A stretch of 64,000 nt of DNA from Sedimentisphaerales bacterium (GTDB taxonomy: Bacteria > Planctomycetota > Phycisphaerae > Sedimentisphaerales > Anaerobacaceae), in contig JAXGYC010000011.1 of NCBI GenBank assembly GCA_040772485.1, positions 32,001 to 96,000 on the forward strand, given 5' to 3'. Under the pieces are notes generated by a model that was not told the origin of the DNA, ran no database searches, and was given only the letters and a program-made list of their open reading frames with translations. The position numbers and the translations under genes are program-made. This document shows positions 18,137 through 27,821 of the stretch, piece after piece. The stretch's first letter is position 1; the number at the start of each line of letters is the position of its first letter.

Positions 18137-21100
18137 ATGGCAGGTCTCACGAGAACACTCCTGGTTTTCATGGTCTCCGTCGCCCTATGGCCGAATCCTG
18201 CGTCTGCCCAGCCCCCTCAGGACGACCCGACCGACGCGGCGCTGGTGATCAGTGAATTCGTCGCCTCGAACAACCGCAGTCTGCGCGACAGCGATGGCGA
18301 CTACCCCGACTGGATCGAGATTCAGAACACATCGGCGGACATGGTGAACCTCGACGGCTGGTCTCTAACCGACAACATGGACAATCTGAGGAAGTGGGAG
18401 TTCCCAGCCGTCGAGCTTGCTCCGGGCCGCTTTCTCGTCGTCTTCGCGTCGGGAAAGGACAGGCGGGAGCCCCAGGCTGAACTGCATACGAATTTCGCAC
18501 TGGCTGCCGGCGGGGAATCACTGGCTCTGGTCGCGCCCGACGGAACGTTGGCCCATGCGTACATCGACTATCCGCCGCAGTTCGCCGACATCTCCTACGG
18601 GCTCAGCGCCGGAAGCGTCAGCGGCCAGACCGAGACCGTTCTCGTGCCACAAGAGGCACAGGCCAGGGCTTGGGTCCCCGCGGACGGATCGCTTGGGACG
18701 GAGTGGATGCTGGCGTCGTTCTACGACAGCGAATGGCTCACCGGCACAACCGGGGTGGGGTACGACTACCCCGGCTACGTCGGGCTCGACGTCAGTTTCA
18801 TGCGAGGCGTCGCCACCACCGTGTACATCCGCATTCCTTTCCACGTCGCCGACCCCGCTCCAGCGGACCGCCTGATTCTGTACATGAGGTACGAGGACGG
18901 CTTCGTCGCCTATCTCAACGGCTTCGAAGTCGCGCGGGCCAACGCCCCCGACGGGCCGGACGTGCCCTGGAATGCCTCGGCCACCGCCATCCGGGAGGAC
19001 AGCGATGCGGTCGACTTCGAGGAGTTCGACATCTCGGCCTTCAAGGACCGCCTGGTCGCAGGCGACAATCTCCTGGCCATCCACGGCTTGAACGCGGACC
19101 TGGTCAGCTCCGACCTGCTGGCCCTTCCGGAACTGACGGCAATTCACATCGAGCGCATCGACCTGGAGGGGGTCGCGGAGGGGTATCTCCTCCAGCCGAC
19201 GCCAGGGGCCGCGAACCAGGCGGCGATGGCCCAGATCGGCCCGACCATTCGCGATGTCACCGAGAACCCTCCCGCCCCGGCCGATGACGAAGATCTCGTA
19301 ATCACTGCCCGGGTCCTCCAGACACAGGCCCCGGTCCTCGGGATGCAACTGACCTGGGTGACAGGGTTCGATTCCGACAGTCGGTTCATGACGAGCGACA
19401 CCGTGACGATGGTGGACGATGGGAACGGAGACGATGCCGTGGCGGGGGATGGTCTGTACACGGCGACGATCTCCGCACAGTTCTACGAGCCGGGCGATAT
19501 GGTGCGCTGGTGTGTCAGCGCGGTTGACACGCGCGGACAACTCTCACGGGCCCCTCTGTATCCTCATCCCACCGATTCGCCCAAGTACTACGGCACAGTG
19601 GTTCAGGACCCACAGGTCAATACGGCCCTTCCGGTGCTGTACTGGTTCGTGGAGAACGTCCCGGCGTCGGAAACGCGCAGCGGCACCCGCTGCTCGGTCT
19701 ACTACCTCGGGCAGTTCTACGACAACGTGGGCATCCACATCCGCGGCGGCAGCACCTCCGGCGCCCCGAAGAAGCACTTCAAGTTCCAGTTCAATCACGG
19801 CGCCAAGTTCCAGTATCGCCAGGACGCCCCACGCGTGAACGAATTCAACCTGAACAGCACCTACAGCGACAAGGCCTACCTGAGGCAGAACCTGGCTTTT
19901 GAGTCGTACGACTGGTGCGGCTGTCCGGGCAGCGAATCGTTCCCCGTTCGCGCTCAGCGCAACGGCGAATTCTACGGCGTGCAGGTCTTCATCGAGGAGC
20001 CCGAGGAGGAGCTCCTCGAACGGGAGGGGCTCGATCCCGATGGGGCCCTCTACAAGATGTACGACACGTTCAATGCGTCCGGCAACGCTGAGAAGAAAAC
20101 GCGTCGATGGGAGAACAACCAGCAGGACCTGAGCAATTTCCGCCGAGCCATCAACAACGCGTCGGGCCTCGCAAGGCACAATAACATTTTCGACTACGTC
20201 AATCTGCCCTTGACGCTCAACTACCTCGTCGCGACGGTCCTGTGCCACCAGAACGATCATCCGCACAAGAATCATTACCTCTATTGTGACTCGGACGGCT
20301 CGGGCCAGTGGTGCATCCTGCCCTGGGACCACGACCTGACTTGGGGCTCCAACTGGACGGGCAGCTCCTATCACGACTACATCTACGCCGACGATGACCA
20401 AGTCCCCGGCAAGCCCGGCGACGTGAAGCCTTCACACCCGTTCGTGGGCAAGGAGGACTGCAAGGAGTGGAATTTCCACTGGAATCGCTTGATCGACGCA
20501 CTACTCAACGACACGGTTGTGCGCGAGATGTATCTGCGTCGCCTGCGAACGGTCATGGACGAATTCCTCAAGCCGCCTGGGACGCCCTATGACGAGCTGT
20601 TCATCGAGAATCGGATCGACGAGCTGGTAGCCGCGATGACCTCGGACGTCGCGTGCGACTACGCCAAATGGGCCAATCCCTGGACGTGGGGCGGCGAGGG
20701 CGGCTACCCACGAAACCAATCCTTCGCCTACGCGATCAACGTTATCAAGGACGACTACCTGGCCGTTCGGCGGACGCATCTGTTTGTCACGCACAACGTG
20801 GATCGCGTCGCCAGCTATCCGATCGCCGGATCATACTCGGCCGCCATCCCCAACGCACAGCCCGACAACGCGACGATCCTCCTTGCCGAGTGCGAGTTCA
20901 ATCCGGCCAGCGGCAATCAGGATGAAGAGTACATCGTATTGGTCAACCCGAACTCCTATGCGGTGGATATCTCCGGCTGGCAACTGGAAGGTGGGATCGA
21001 GCACACTTTTCTGCCCGGCACCGTGATCGTCTCCGGCGGCGCGATCTACGTCTCGCCGAACGTCCGCGCGTTCCTCAACCGCCCGACGGGTCCGAGCAGA

Positions 21101-21382
21101 GGAAAGGGATTGTTCGTGCAAGGCAACTACAGAGGCCATCTGTCCAGTCGGGGCGAAACCATAAACCTGCTGGACCGATACGGACGCGTGGTCGATATCC
21201 TGACAACAGTACGATCCTCGAATTCAAGCACGACGACAACTGGTTCGACGAGACCGATGGCTCTGAGCATCAAAGATGCGACCAACCCCGAGCTTGGAAG
21301 CTGGAGCGCTCTCGTGGCCTGGCGTCCACGAGCCGAGGCGGGAGGTTCTCGCAAGACCGATTTGGAAGAGGAGGATTCATGA
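18137..21382 (+). CDS. Secreted lamin-tail-domain / CotH-family kinase protein 1
   Basis: Signal peptide; LTD (VISEFVASN...DWIEIQN); DDGxxxDxxAGDGxY choice-of-anchor X-like motif; CotH motifs RGGST...KKHFK, DHPHKNHYLY, PWDHDLTWG; C-terminal LTD. Confidence 0.85.
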   Translation: MAGLTRTLLVFMVSVALWPNPASAQPPQDDPTDAALVISEFVASNNRSLRDSDGDYPDWIEIQNTSADMVNLDGWSLTDNMDNLRKWEFPAVELAPGRFLVVFASGKDRREPQAELHTNFALAAGGESLALVAPDGTLAHAYIDYPPQFADISYGLSAGSVSGQTETVLVPQEAQARAWVPADGSLGTEWMLASFYDSEWLTGTTGVGYDYPGYVGLDVSFMRGVATTVYIRIPFHVADPAPADRLILYMRYEDGFVAYLNGFEVARANAPDGPDVPWNASATAIREDSDAVDFEEFDISAFKDRLVAGDNLLAIHGLNADLVSSDLLALPELTAIHIERIDLEGVAEGYLLQPTPGAANQAAMAQIGPTIRDVTENPPAPADDEDLVITARVLQTQAPVLGMQLTWVTGFDSDSRFMTSDTVTMVDDGNGDDAVAGDGLYTATISAQFYEPGDMVRWCVSAVDTRGQLSRAPLYPHPTDSPKYYGTVVQDPQVNTALPVLYWFVENVPASETRSGTRCSVYYLGQFYDNVGIHIRGGSTSGAPKKHFKFQFNHGAKFQYRQDAPRVNEFNLNSTYSDKAYLRQNLAFESYDWCGCPGSESFPVRAQRNGEFYGVQVFIEEPEEELLEREGLDPDGALYKMYDTFNASGNAEKKTRRWENNQQDLSNFRRAINNASGLARHNNIFDYVNLPLTLNYLVATVLCHQNDHPHKNHYLYCDSDGSGQWCILPWDHDLTWGSNWTGSSYHDYIYADDDQVPGKPGDVKPSHPFVGKEDCKEWNFHWNRLIDALLNDTVVREMYLRRLRTVMDEFLKPPGTPYDELFIENRIDELVAAMTSDVACDYAKWANPWTWGGEGGYPRNQSFAYAINVIKDDYLAVRRTHLFVTHNVDRVASYPIAGSYSAAIPNAQPDNATILLAECEFNPASGNQDEEYIVLVNPNSYAVDISGWQLEGGIEHTFLPGTVIVSGGAIYVSPNVRAFLNRPTGPSRGKGLFVQGNYRGHLSSRGETINLLDRYGRVVDILTTVRSSNSSTTTTGSTRPMALSIKDATNPELGSWSALVAWRPRAEAGGSRKTDLEEEDS

Positions 21383-24324
21383 GAGGTTCTTTACGACTGG
21401 CCGCAGCGGCGATGCTGTCGATGGCGGGCCTGGCCGCCGCACAGGAAACGCCGGTCATCAGCGAGTTCATGGCCGCCAATACGAGCCGGACACCCCTGTC
21501 CGCCGGCGAGCTTCTCGATCAGGACGGAGAGTCTTCAGACTGGATCGAGATATGGAATCCATCGTCTGTGGCCGTGAACCTCGAAGGCTGGTTTCTCACC
21601 GACAACCTGAATAATCTGATGAAATGGGAGTTCCCGGCGGCGGCGCTGGCCCCGGGCGGCTTCCTCGTGGTCTTTGCGTCGGGCAAGAACCAGCGCGATC
21701 CGGCGGGAGAATTCCACACCAGTTTCGCACTGGCCGCCGGCGGAGAGTCGTTGGCTCTGGTGGCGCCGGATGGAACGGTGGCCCATGCCTACGTCGACTA
21801 TCCGCCGCAATTCGCGGATGTCTCCTACGGCGTGAACTCTGGCGGCGCCGGTCTGGCAACCGAGGAGGTCCTCGTTGCGGAAGGCGCCGAGGCGATGGCG
21901 CTCGTCCCGACCGACGGATCGCTGGGCTCCGCCTGGATGCTGGCAGGGTTCGAGGATGCCCACTGGCTTCGTGGCACGACCGGCGTAGGCTTCGACTACC
22001 CTGGCAACGTCGGCCTCGACGTCGGCGCCATGCGGGGCGTCAATCCCACCGTGTACGTGCGGATTCCGTTCCGCGTCGAGGACGAGGCATCCGTGAATCG
22101 GCTGACGTTGCACATGAAGTACGAGGACGGCTTTGTCGCTTACCTGAACGGATTCGAGGTGGCCCGGTCCAACGCGCCGAACCAGGCCTCTCTGGCCTGG
22201 AATGCCGCGGCTACGGAAAACCGCCCGGACAGCGACGCGGTCGATTTCGAAGACTTCGACATCTCGGCACACGCGCACCGGCTCGTTCCGGGCGACAACG
22301 TTCTGGCCATCCAGGGCCTCAATATCGACCTGATCAGTTCCGATCTGCTGATCCTGCCGGAATTGATCGCCGTCCACGTCCACGAAGTGGATTTGTCGAC
22401 GGTTCTCGAAGGGTATCTCGTGCAGCCGACGCCGGGAGCGCTCAACCAGGGGGCGCTGGCCCAGATCGGCCCGACGATTCGCGACGTCACGGAGAATCCC
22501 CCGCCTCCCGATCCCGACGAAGACCTCGTGATCACGGCGCGGGTTGTGCAAACCCTGGCTCCGGTGGTCGGCGTAATGTTGACCTGGCAAGTCGACTTCG
22601 ACGTTCTCGCCCGGACAGAACACCATGACACGATCCCGATGGTCGATGATGGAACCGGCGGCGACGCCACCGCCGGGGACGGAGTATATACCGCGACCAT
22701 TCCCGCATCGGCCTACGAGGCAGGCAGCCTGATTCGCTGGCGTGTGGATGCCGTCGATACCGAGGGCCGCACGTCGCGCGATCCGCTCTTCCTGCGACCG
22801 GACGATTCGCCGGAGTATTACGGAACCGTCGCGCAGGATCCCACGCTCAGCACGTCGTTGCCTGTGCTCTACTGGTTCTCGGAGCAGCCCGCTCGCACAC
22901 GAACGCGAAGCGGAGGGCGCGCGTCTGTGTTCTTCGATGGAGAATTCTACGACAATGTATTCGTACGCGAACGCGGCGCCTACACAACAAACGGCTCACA
23001 GAAGTTCGTCTTCAACCGAGGGCACAAGTTCCGCTTCTCGCCCGAACACCCGCGCGTCCACGAATTCAACCTCAACAGCAACGGCTCGGACTCCAGCTAT
23101 CTGCGGCAGCCCCTGGCCTTCGAGACGATGCGGAAGGCCGGCAGTCCGGCCTCGCTGTCGTTCCTGATGCTGTCGGTGTGCAACGGCAACGTCGATCGTG
23201 TCGGCATCTTCATCGAGCAGGTGGACGAAGAGTTCCTCGAACGCAACGGCCTGGACCCGGCGGGCGCGCTGTACAAGTTCGTGCAGCGATCTTCTTCGGC
23301 GCCCGTATTCAACGACATCAGCTCGGGCATCGAAAAGAAGACCCGCGAGAAGGAGGGACGCGACGACGTCGCCGCCATCGTGGCGGGTCTGAACGCCTCG
23401 TCCGAGCAGAGGCGAAGAGCGTTTGTCTTCGATCATTTCAACCTTCCGCAGATGATGTGCTATCTGGCCGCCCGCTGTCTGCTTCAGGACACCGACGACA
23501 TCCGGAAGAACTTCTACTTCTACTGCGACAGCGACGGCAGCGGGGAATGGTCGATCTTCCCCTGGGACAAGGACTGGACCTTCGGCGTCGTCGGAGACGG
23601 CGGAGTCTACACCACGCACCCGTTCCTCGGCGCCGATTCGCATCCGAAGGCCGGCGGCTCCCAGTGGAGCGTGTACCTCAGCGTCATGTACCACCTTCCG
23701 GAGACACAGGAGATGTTTCTCCGGCGTTTGCGCACCGTGATGGACGAGCAGCTTCAGCCTCCCGGAACGCCTGCCGATCGACTGCTCTTCGAGAATCGAA
23801 TCAACGAGATGGTGACCCAGGCGAGAGGCTATCTTGCAGGGTCCGCCAGTTCCCTGCGGAACTACTTCCCTCCGCGTCGCGTGCAGTTGTACGTCGATCA
23901 CAGCATCCACAACACCACGAATCCGCCGGCGGGAGGCGTCGCGGGGATTCCGGATCCGCAGCCGGACGATGTATCCATCCTCTTCGGGGATTACGACTAC
24001 GCCCCGATTTCCGGCAACCAGGACGAAGAATACATCGAGCTGATCAATCCCAACGCCTACGCCGTCGATATTTCCGGCTGGAAGCTGGCCGGAGGAATCG
24101 AGCACGAGTTCGCCCCTGGCACGGTCATCATCTCCGGCGGCAGCCTGTACGTCTGCCCCAACGTGCGAGCCTTCCGCCAGCGAGAGACCTACCCAACCGG
24201 CGGACAGGGGCTGTTCGTTCAGGGCAACTATCGCGGCCATCTCTCCAGTCGAGGCGAGACAATCGATCTTCTGGACCGATCCGAGCGGCTCGTGGCGACG
24301 CTGACGTATCCCGGCGTCGACTGA
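21379..24324 (+). CDS. Secreted lamin-tail-domain / CotH-family kinase protein 2 (tandem paralog)
   Basis: ATGA overlap with the previous gene; same architecture; DDIRKNFYFY, PWDKDWTFG. Confidence 0.87.
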   Translation: MRGSLRLAAAAMLSMAGLAAAQETPVISEFMAANTSRTPLSAGELLDQDGESSDWIEIWNPSSVAVNLEGWFLTDNLNNLMKWEFPAAALAPGGFLVVFASGKNQRDPAGEFHTSFALAAGGESLALVAPDGTVAHAYVDYPPQFADVSYGVNSGGAGLATEEVLVAEGAEAMALVPTDGSLGSAWMLAGFEDAHWLRGTTGVGFDYPGNVGLDVGAMRGVNPTVYVRIPFRVEDEASVNRLTLHMKYEDGFVAYLNGFEVARSNAPNQASLAWNAAATENRPDSDAVDFEDFDISAHAHRLVPGDNVLAIQGLNIDLISSDLLILPELIAVHVHEVDLSTVLEGYLVQPTPGALNQGALAQIGPTIRDVTENPPPPDPDEDLVITARVVQTLAPVVGVMLTWQVDFDVLARTEHHDTIPMVDDGTGGDATAGDGVYTATIPASAYEAGSLIRWRVDAVDTEGRTSRDPLFLRPDDSPEYYGTVAQDPTLSTSLPVLYWFSEQPARTRTRSGGRASVFFDGEFYDNVFVRERGAYTTNGSQKFVFNRGHKFRFSPEHPRVHEFNLNSNGSDSSYLRQPLAFETMRKAGSPASLSFLMLSVCNGNVDRVGIFIEQVDEEFLERNGLDPAGALYKFVQRSSSAPVFNDISSGIEKKTREKEGRDDVAAIVAGLNASSEQRRRAFVFDHFNLPQMMCYLAARCLLQDTDDIRKNFYFYCDSDGSGEWSIFPWDKDWTFGVVGDGGVYTTHPFLGADSHPKAGGSQWSVYLSVMYHLPETQEMFLRRLRTVMDEQLQPPGTPADRLLFENRINEMVTQARGYLAGSASSLRNYFPPRRVQLYVDHSIHNTTNPPAGGVAGIPDPQPDDVSILFGDYDYAPISGNQDEEYIELINPNAYAVDISGWKLAGGIEHEFAPGTVIISGGSLYVCPNVRAFRQRETYPTGGQGLFVQGNYRGHLSSRGETIDLLDRSERLVATLTYPGVD

Positions 24325-24334
24325 CCGAAGGGCG

Positions 24335-25015
24335 CTACTGCGGCGGGTCGAATTTGTAGCCAATCTCGCGGAGAGTGTGGATGTAGACGGGATTGTGGGG
24401 ATCAGGCTCGATCTTGTTCCGCAGGGTCGTGACGAAGCGGTCGATCGTGCGCGGGCCGGAGATCGAATCGTAGCCCCAGACGAGATTGAGGATTTCGTCG
24501 CGGCTCAGTGCCCGCCCGGGCTTCTTGACGAACAACTCGAGCAGCCGGAACTCCTTGGGCGACAGCTTGATCTCTTCCGCTCCGCGCGTCAGTTTCCGGG
24601 CGCTGATGTCCAGTTCGCAGTCGCCAAACCGGTAGACCTCCAGCTCCGTCGAACGCATCCGCCGCAACAGGGCATCGGTGCGAGCCAGCAGCTCCTTGAT
24701 ACTGAAGGGTTTGGTGACATAGTCGTCGGCGCCGAGGTTCAGGCCCAGAACAATGTCGGATTCCTCACCCTTGGCGGTGAGCATGATGATGGGCATTCCC
24801 AGCTTTTCCTTGCGGATCAGCCGGCACACCTCATAGCCGTTGATCTTGGGGAGCATCAGGTCCAACAGGATCAAATCGGGCCTGGCGTTCAGTGCGGCGT
24901 TCAGACCGGCCTCGCCGTCGTCGGCCGCCAGAACGCGATAGCCGTGAAACTCGAAGTTGTCTTTCAGACCCCGCAGCATGGTGGGGTCGTCTTCAACGAT
25001 GAGGATGGTTTCCAT
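24335..25015 (-). CDS. OmpR/PhoB-family response regulator
   Basis: ILIVEDD, LLDLMLP, MLTAK, DDYVTKPF; winged helix RTIDRFVTTLRNKIE...IGYKF. Confidence 0.93.
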   Translation of the reverse strand: METILIVEDDPTMLRGLKDNFEFHGYRVLAADDGEAGLNAALNARPDLILLDLMLPKINGYEVCRLIRKEKLGMPIIMLTAKGEESDIVLGLNLGADDYVTKPFSIKELLARTDALLRRMRSTELEVYRFGDCELDISARKLTRGAEEIKLSPKEFRLLELFVKKPGRALSRDEILNLVWGYDSISGPRTIDRFVTTLRNKIEPDPHNPVYIHTLREIGYKFDPPQ

Positions 25016-25019
25016 AGGG

Positions 25020-25697
25020 TCACGGCATTTCAAACTGGTATCCCGTATTGCCGACCGCTGCGATGCGAGGCGGACGCGTCGGGTCGGATCCGATCTTGTC
25101 GTTCAGCACCGCGACGGTCTTGTCAATGTCCTTCAGCGAGATGAAATGTGAATAGCCCCAGACGGCGGTGCGAATCCCCTCCCTGGAGAGCGGATAGCCG
25201 GCCTTGCGCAGGAACAGCCGGAGCATCCTGAACTGGCCCGGCGTCAAGGGCACCTCTCGGCCCTCCCGCCGGAGCGTTCCGGCGCGCAAATCGAGCCGGC
25301 AGTCGCCGAACTCATACACCATCGGCTCGCACACCGTGCGACGCCGCATGAACGCGTTGGCCCGGGCCAGCAGCTCGCGGATGCTGAACGGCTTGCGAAC
25401 GTAGTCGTCGGCCCCCACGTCGAGGCCCAGCACGGCGTCGGCGTCACGGTCTTTGGCTGTCAGCATGATGATCGGCATGTCCAGGTCCTTCTCGCGGATG
25501 CCCGAACAGACTTCATAGCCATTGATTCCCGGCAGCATGATGTCCAGAATAACCAGGTCGGGCCGTTCCTTCAACGTCGTTTCCAGGCCCTGTGGACCGT
25601 CGCGTGCGGTGAGCACGTCGTAGCCGGTCATTTTGAAGTTGTCTTCCAGACCCCGGATCATGACCGGGTCGTCCTCTACGATCAGTACCGTTGCCAT
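25020..25697 (-). CDS. OmpR/PhoB-family response regulator with a divergent DNA-binding helix
   Basis: VLIVEDD, ILDIMLP, MLTAK, DDYVRKPF; C-terminal KDIDKTVAVLNDKIG. Confidence 0.88.
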   Translation of the reverse strand: MATVLIVEDDPVMIRGLEDNFKMTGYDVLTARDGPQGLETTLKERPDLVILDIMLPGINGYEVCSGIREKDLDMPIIMLTAKDRDADAVLGLDVGADDYVRKPFSIRELLARANAFMRRRTVCEPMVYEFGDCRLDLRAGTLRREGREVPLTPGQFRMLRLFLRKAGYPLSREGIRTAVWGYSHFISLKDIDKTVAVLNDKIGSDPTRPPRIAAVGNTGYQFEMP

Positions 25698-25723
25698 CGT
25701 GGATTGTCCTTTCCGCAAACGGT

Positions 25724-27793
25724 TCAGCTCTTCGCCGGCAGGGTGACCGTGAACGTGCTTCCGTGACCCGCCCGGCTCTCGACCCGAATCGTCCCGGCGT
25801 GAGCATCGACGATGAACTTCGCGATGCTCAGACCCAAACCGCAGCCTTCGGCCCGGCGCGACAGTGTGCGGTCTACCTGGTAAAACCGGCTGAAGATCCG
25901 TTTGATCGCCCGACGGGGAATACCCATGCCGTTGTCCGAAACCGCGAACCGAACCGACTGATTCTCACTTGTAACACGCAGCGCAATGTGTTTGTCGTCG
26001 CGCGAGTACTTGTACGCGTTGTCGAGCAGGTTGACCAGGACCGTGACCATCGCATCCGGATCGGCCATGACGTCGGGCAACCCCTCGGAAACCTCCGTCT
26101 CGAAATGACAGTTGGGCCGGTCGAACTTGGTGCGGACGGCCTCGGCGGCATTGTGCGCGATCACCGCCGGAGAGGCCCGGCGGATCTGAAAGGCCTGCTT
26201 GTTGCGTTCCATCCGCGAGAACGTCAGGAAGTTGTCGATCAGCCGGCTGAGCCGCCCGTTCTCCTTTGAGATCAGTTGCAGATAATCCGTCACCTGCTGC
26301 TGGTCCCGATAGTGGCCCTCCAGCAGCGTGTCGACCAGGACACGCATCGAGGCCAGAGGCGTCTTGAGCTCGTGCGTCACCGTGGCGATGAAGTCATTCT
26401 TGAGCCGGTTGAGCTTGACCTGCTTGCCGATGGACCGGGCGGCCACCGCGCCGCAGATGAGGATCAACAGAATCACGAGGGTGCCGGTCCAGGTGTAAAC
26501 GGCGATGCGCTGCCCGGCCGCCCGATCGAGCACATCCCCTTCCTTGAAGAACAGCTCGATCTTCCAGTTCGGGAGATGGGCTCCGACCGGACCGGCCGCA
26601 AAGGGCTCGGCTGGGAACTCCGCCGGCCCCATGACGAGCCGACCCTCTTCGTCCAGAATATGGCATTCGACGTAGTCGTTCGGGAAGACGCCGATGAACT
26701 CATTGAGCGCCGCACGGACGGTCTGGTCCGAAAGCAGGGCAAGACTGACCGTCCGACCGGACCTGTGCACAAGGCCGTATGAAATCTCATCTCCCATCTT
26801 CATCGGGTGCAACTGGTCCGGCTTCCATGTCTCGAAGTCCGCCATCGTTCCAAACCGTTCGGCCAGCGCCAGCGACCGTTCCTCGAATTCGACCCTCTTT
26901 GCCAGCGGCGTGCCGCCGATCAGCAGCCGGCGCGATCGGAGGCGAGGGCTTTGGCGCGCGAGGTCCATTGCCTTGCGTGCCAGAAAGAGATTCTGATCGG
27001 CCGGCAGCGACACACCTGCCTGGTTCGGCTGATACAGCATTTCCAGTAGTTTGGAGAACGTCTCTTCGAACAGGTCATCGTACTGCGCGCGGTCCTGCAT
27101 CCAGGTCAGCATCAGTAGTCGCGCGTTGGCGATCCGCGAGAGAATGCCGGTATCCGTGCCGTCGGCGAGGGCACTGAAGGCGACCTGTCGGCACACGGCG
27201 ACCGCCTCACCGATTCGGTCGAGCTTGGCCAGACAGCGGGCCTGTCCGATCAGGGCGTCGAACAGTCCGCGATCGTCCAGCGGCGGGTTCTTGCCGACCC
27301 ATTCCGCCAGACGCCGACGATAGCCGGAGGCCGAAAGAGCGTGCTGCTCGTACAGAGCCGCCGCTCCCGCGTAATCCCGATCCACGAACTCCGACCGCCA
27401 GGCGTCGGCCAGGACCTCGGAAGAATTGCTCGCGCGGTCGGCCTCGCTGGAAGACACGGGGTACAGACGCCGGCCCGATGGATCATGCATCAACAGTGCA
27501 TCGCAGTCGCCCTGGGCGACAATCTCCGCCAGAAGACGATACGGATGAGCCTCGTCGTCTTCGAGCCGCCGACAGCGCCGGGCCCATTCGTCGTCGGCCT
27601 TGCGTCGGGCTTTCTCCAGTTGGTCGTTATGCAGCAGGACGAGCTTCTGGCGGATCACGAAACGCTCGTTGTCGATCGCCTCGTTCATGAACCAGAGCAA
27701 ACAGACGGTGGGCAGCACCACCGCCACCGCGAGCAGCGATACCACCCACCGATATTGGCCGTAGTCCGCGTTGAGTTTCAGCCGTCGTCGCAC
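25724..27793 (-). CDS. Sensor histidine kinase with a large helical periplasmic domain
   Basis: Two TM segments; H-box THELKTPL; NLLDNAYKY, DNGMGI, GLGLSI. Confidence 0.93.
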   Translation of the reverse strand: MRRRLKLNADYGQYRWVVSLLAVAVVLPTVCLLWFMNEAIDNERFVIRQKLVLLHNDQLEKARRKADDEWARRCRRLEDDEAHPYRLLAEIVAQGDCDALLMHDPSGRRLYPVSSSEADRASNSSEVLADAWRSEFVDRDYAGAAALYEQHALSASGYRRRLAEWVGKNPPLDDRGLFDALIGQARCLAKLDRIGEAVAVCRQVAFSALADGTDTGILSRIANARLLMLTWMQDRAQYDDLFEETFSKLLEMLYQPNQAGVSLPADQNLFLARKAMDLARQSPRLRSRRLLIGGTPLAKRVEFEERSLALAERFGTMADFETWKPDQLHPMKMGDEISYGLVHRSGRTVSLALLSDQTVRAALNEFIGVFPNDYVECHILDEEGRLVMGPAEFPAEPFAAGPVGAHLPNWKIELFFKEGDVLDRAAGQRIAVYTWTGTLVILLILICGAVAARSIGKQVKLNRLKNDFIATVTHELKTPLASMRVLVDTLLEGHYRDQQQVTDYLQLISKENGRLSRLIDNFLTFSRMERNKQAFQIRRASPAVIAHNAAEAVRTKFDRPNCHFETEVSEGLPDVMADPDAMVTVLVNLLDNAYKYSRDDKHIALRVTSENQSVRFAVSDNGMGIPRRAIKRIFSRFYQVDRTLSRRAEGCGLGLSIAKFIVDAHAGTIRVESRAGHGSTFTVTLPAKS

Positions 27794-27821
27794 GGGCTAC
27801 CTCGTTGATTTTGCGCCATCG

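Noticed and set aside
18137..24324. CotH genes as evidence of sporulation
   Set aside because: They are signal-peptide, multi-domain forms with no other sporulation genes in the window; CotH-like domains occur in non-sporulating phyla.
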